Origin: Novosphingobium sp.
GTDB lineage: Bacteria; Pseudomonadota; Alphaproteobacteria; Sphingomonadales; Sphingomonadaceae
Direction: 5' to 3'
Length of the DNA: 64,000 bases
Assembly (NCBI GenBank): GCA_046290865.1
Contig: JBKBUD010000003.1
Location: forward strand, 8,600-72,599
The translations under genes were made by a program, and so were the position numbers. The notes beneath the pieces are model-generated. The model had not been told where the DNA came from, made no database searches, and saw nothing but the letters and a program-made list of their open reading frames with translations. Shown piece after piece: positions 63,178-64,000 of this stretch. Every line of letters starts with the position of its first letter. Positions within the stretch are counted from its first letter, which is position 1.

Positions 63178-64000
63178 GTGAAGGGCTTTTTCAAGCGCGC
63201 GTTCAAAAGAACGTCAGATCACACCAGTGTAGAAGACGAGACGCCACTCTCTGCAATAGCACCTGGGCAAGTATACTCGTTTCAAACTCGACCTTACTCG
63301 GATTTCGGCCCAGCCGATACGTGTCGATTTGCTGCTATCAAAATACTCGGTGTCAGCGGTAGCCACGTCGTTGTTGCAGTGTTGGACGGTGTCTGGCCTG
63401 AGGCGCCTGCCGCAAGAGGAATTCAAGCCACTTCCATACTCAATGAGCATCGTTTCGCCCACATTGGCAGACCAGCGGTTTTTGGTGTCAACCGTGATTG
63501 GTGGAAGCCCGAGGGCGATCTTGACAAGTTTACTTTCGTCGGGACTCTCCCAGTATCTCGGGCGGAGCAAGCGCACGTCGAAGCGGTCGAGGGATTTGCG
63601 GCAGGCTCACGGTTTTCAACACTGCACGCGGCCAATCACGCTGCGGAAGGCGAATGGCGTTGGGCAAATGATCGTGAGGCCTTCGTCATCGAGGCTGAGA
63701 AAAAGAATGCAAAGAATGAAGCCGAGCGTGCGGCCAAGGAGAAGCGGTATCGAACCCGGTTGAGCAAGCTCACGTGGGAGCAACTTGAAGCGGAGACGCC
63801 ATTCGAGCGGTGGACCCCGTCGCCGCCATTTCCAACCGAAGAGTTCACTGTTGCCGCTCGCGCCACGATACGCAGCGCTTGCGACGCCATCAAAGAGCTT
63901 GGCCCGAAGCCGCGCAAGGCAGATGTCCGGGCGATCCTGAAGAAGACTGTCTTCTGGTTCAATGATGCGGATGCGAAGGCTGGGGAAGTCATCGAAACGG
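63178..64000 (+). CDS. Hypothetical protein, 5' part (runs off the right edge)
   Basis: Manual translation from GTG 63178 (purine-rich GAGAGGG upstream) is open for 274 codons: MKGFFKRAF...PGQVYSF...RFAAIKILG...EGEWRW...FWFNDADAKAGEVIET. Absent from the ORF track. Confidence 0.75.
   Translation, partial: MKGFFKRAFKRTSDHTSVEDETPLSAIAPGQVYSFQTRPYSDFGPADTCRFAAIKILGVSGSHVVVAVLDGVWPEAPAARGIQATSILNEHRFAHIGRPAVFGVNRDWWKPEGDLDKFTFVGTLPVSRAEQAHVEAVEGFAAGSRFSTLHAANHAAEGEWRWANDREAFVIEAEKKNAKNEAERAAKEKRYRTRLSKLTWEQLEAETPFERWTPSPPFPTEEFTVAARATIRSACDAIKELGPKPRKADVRAILKKTVFWFNDADAKAGEVIET

Noticed and set aside
63214-63992. Short track ORFs at 63214-63576, 63329-63763 and 63636-63992
   Set aside because: They overlap the longer open plus-strand frame from 63178, which has an SD-like sequence and protein-like composition.

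Overview
High-GC alphaproteobacterial chromosome segment. Gene content and intergenic repeats suggest a sphingomonad, probably Novosphingobium-like (inference). Housekeeping genes frame the window: atpH-atpA', ada, an FeS-type (6-4) photolyase, priA, fsa/tal, cobT, cysS and rpmF-plsX-fabH-ihfA-merR. Three poorly explained systems sit among them. (1) A ~26 kb co-oriented locus (14956-40895) encodes an exported TPR-CHAT caspase-like protease, a CHASE2 adenylate cyclase, two paralogous exported proteins, a TpsB/ShlB transporter and a 5728-aa filamentous-haemagglutinin-like protein with a LecA-like insert. It is a candidate contact-sensing protease-to-cAMP pathway. (2) A four-gene, translationally coupled operon (47057-57061) encodes a 4-5-haem cytochrome c, a double-GlcG haem-binding lipoprotein, an outer-membrane beta-barrel and a 1529-aa decahaem cytochrome fused to an LVIVD propeller. 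It is a non-Mtr porin-cytochrome-like system. (3) A phage-free CI/Cro-like switch (57110-58491) has a spaced operator array and a perfect alphaproteobacterial LexA box. Also present are a ThDP-decarboxylase/aldehyde-dehydrogenase pair resembling a 2-oxoglutarate bypass, two REP-like palindromes and a lower-GC ORF running off the right end. No rRNA, tRNA, CRISPR array, transposase or integrase was recognised. All family assignments come from reading motifs by eye; no database search was run.
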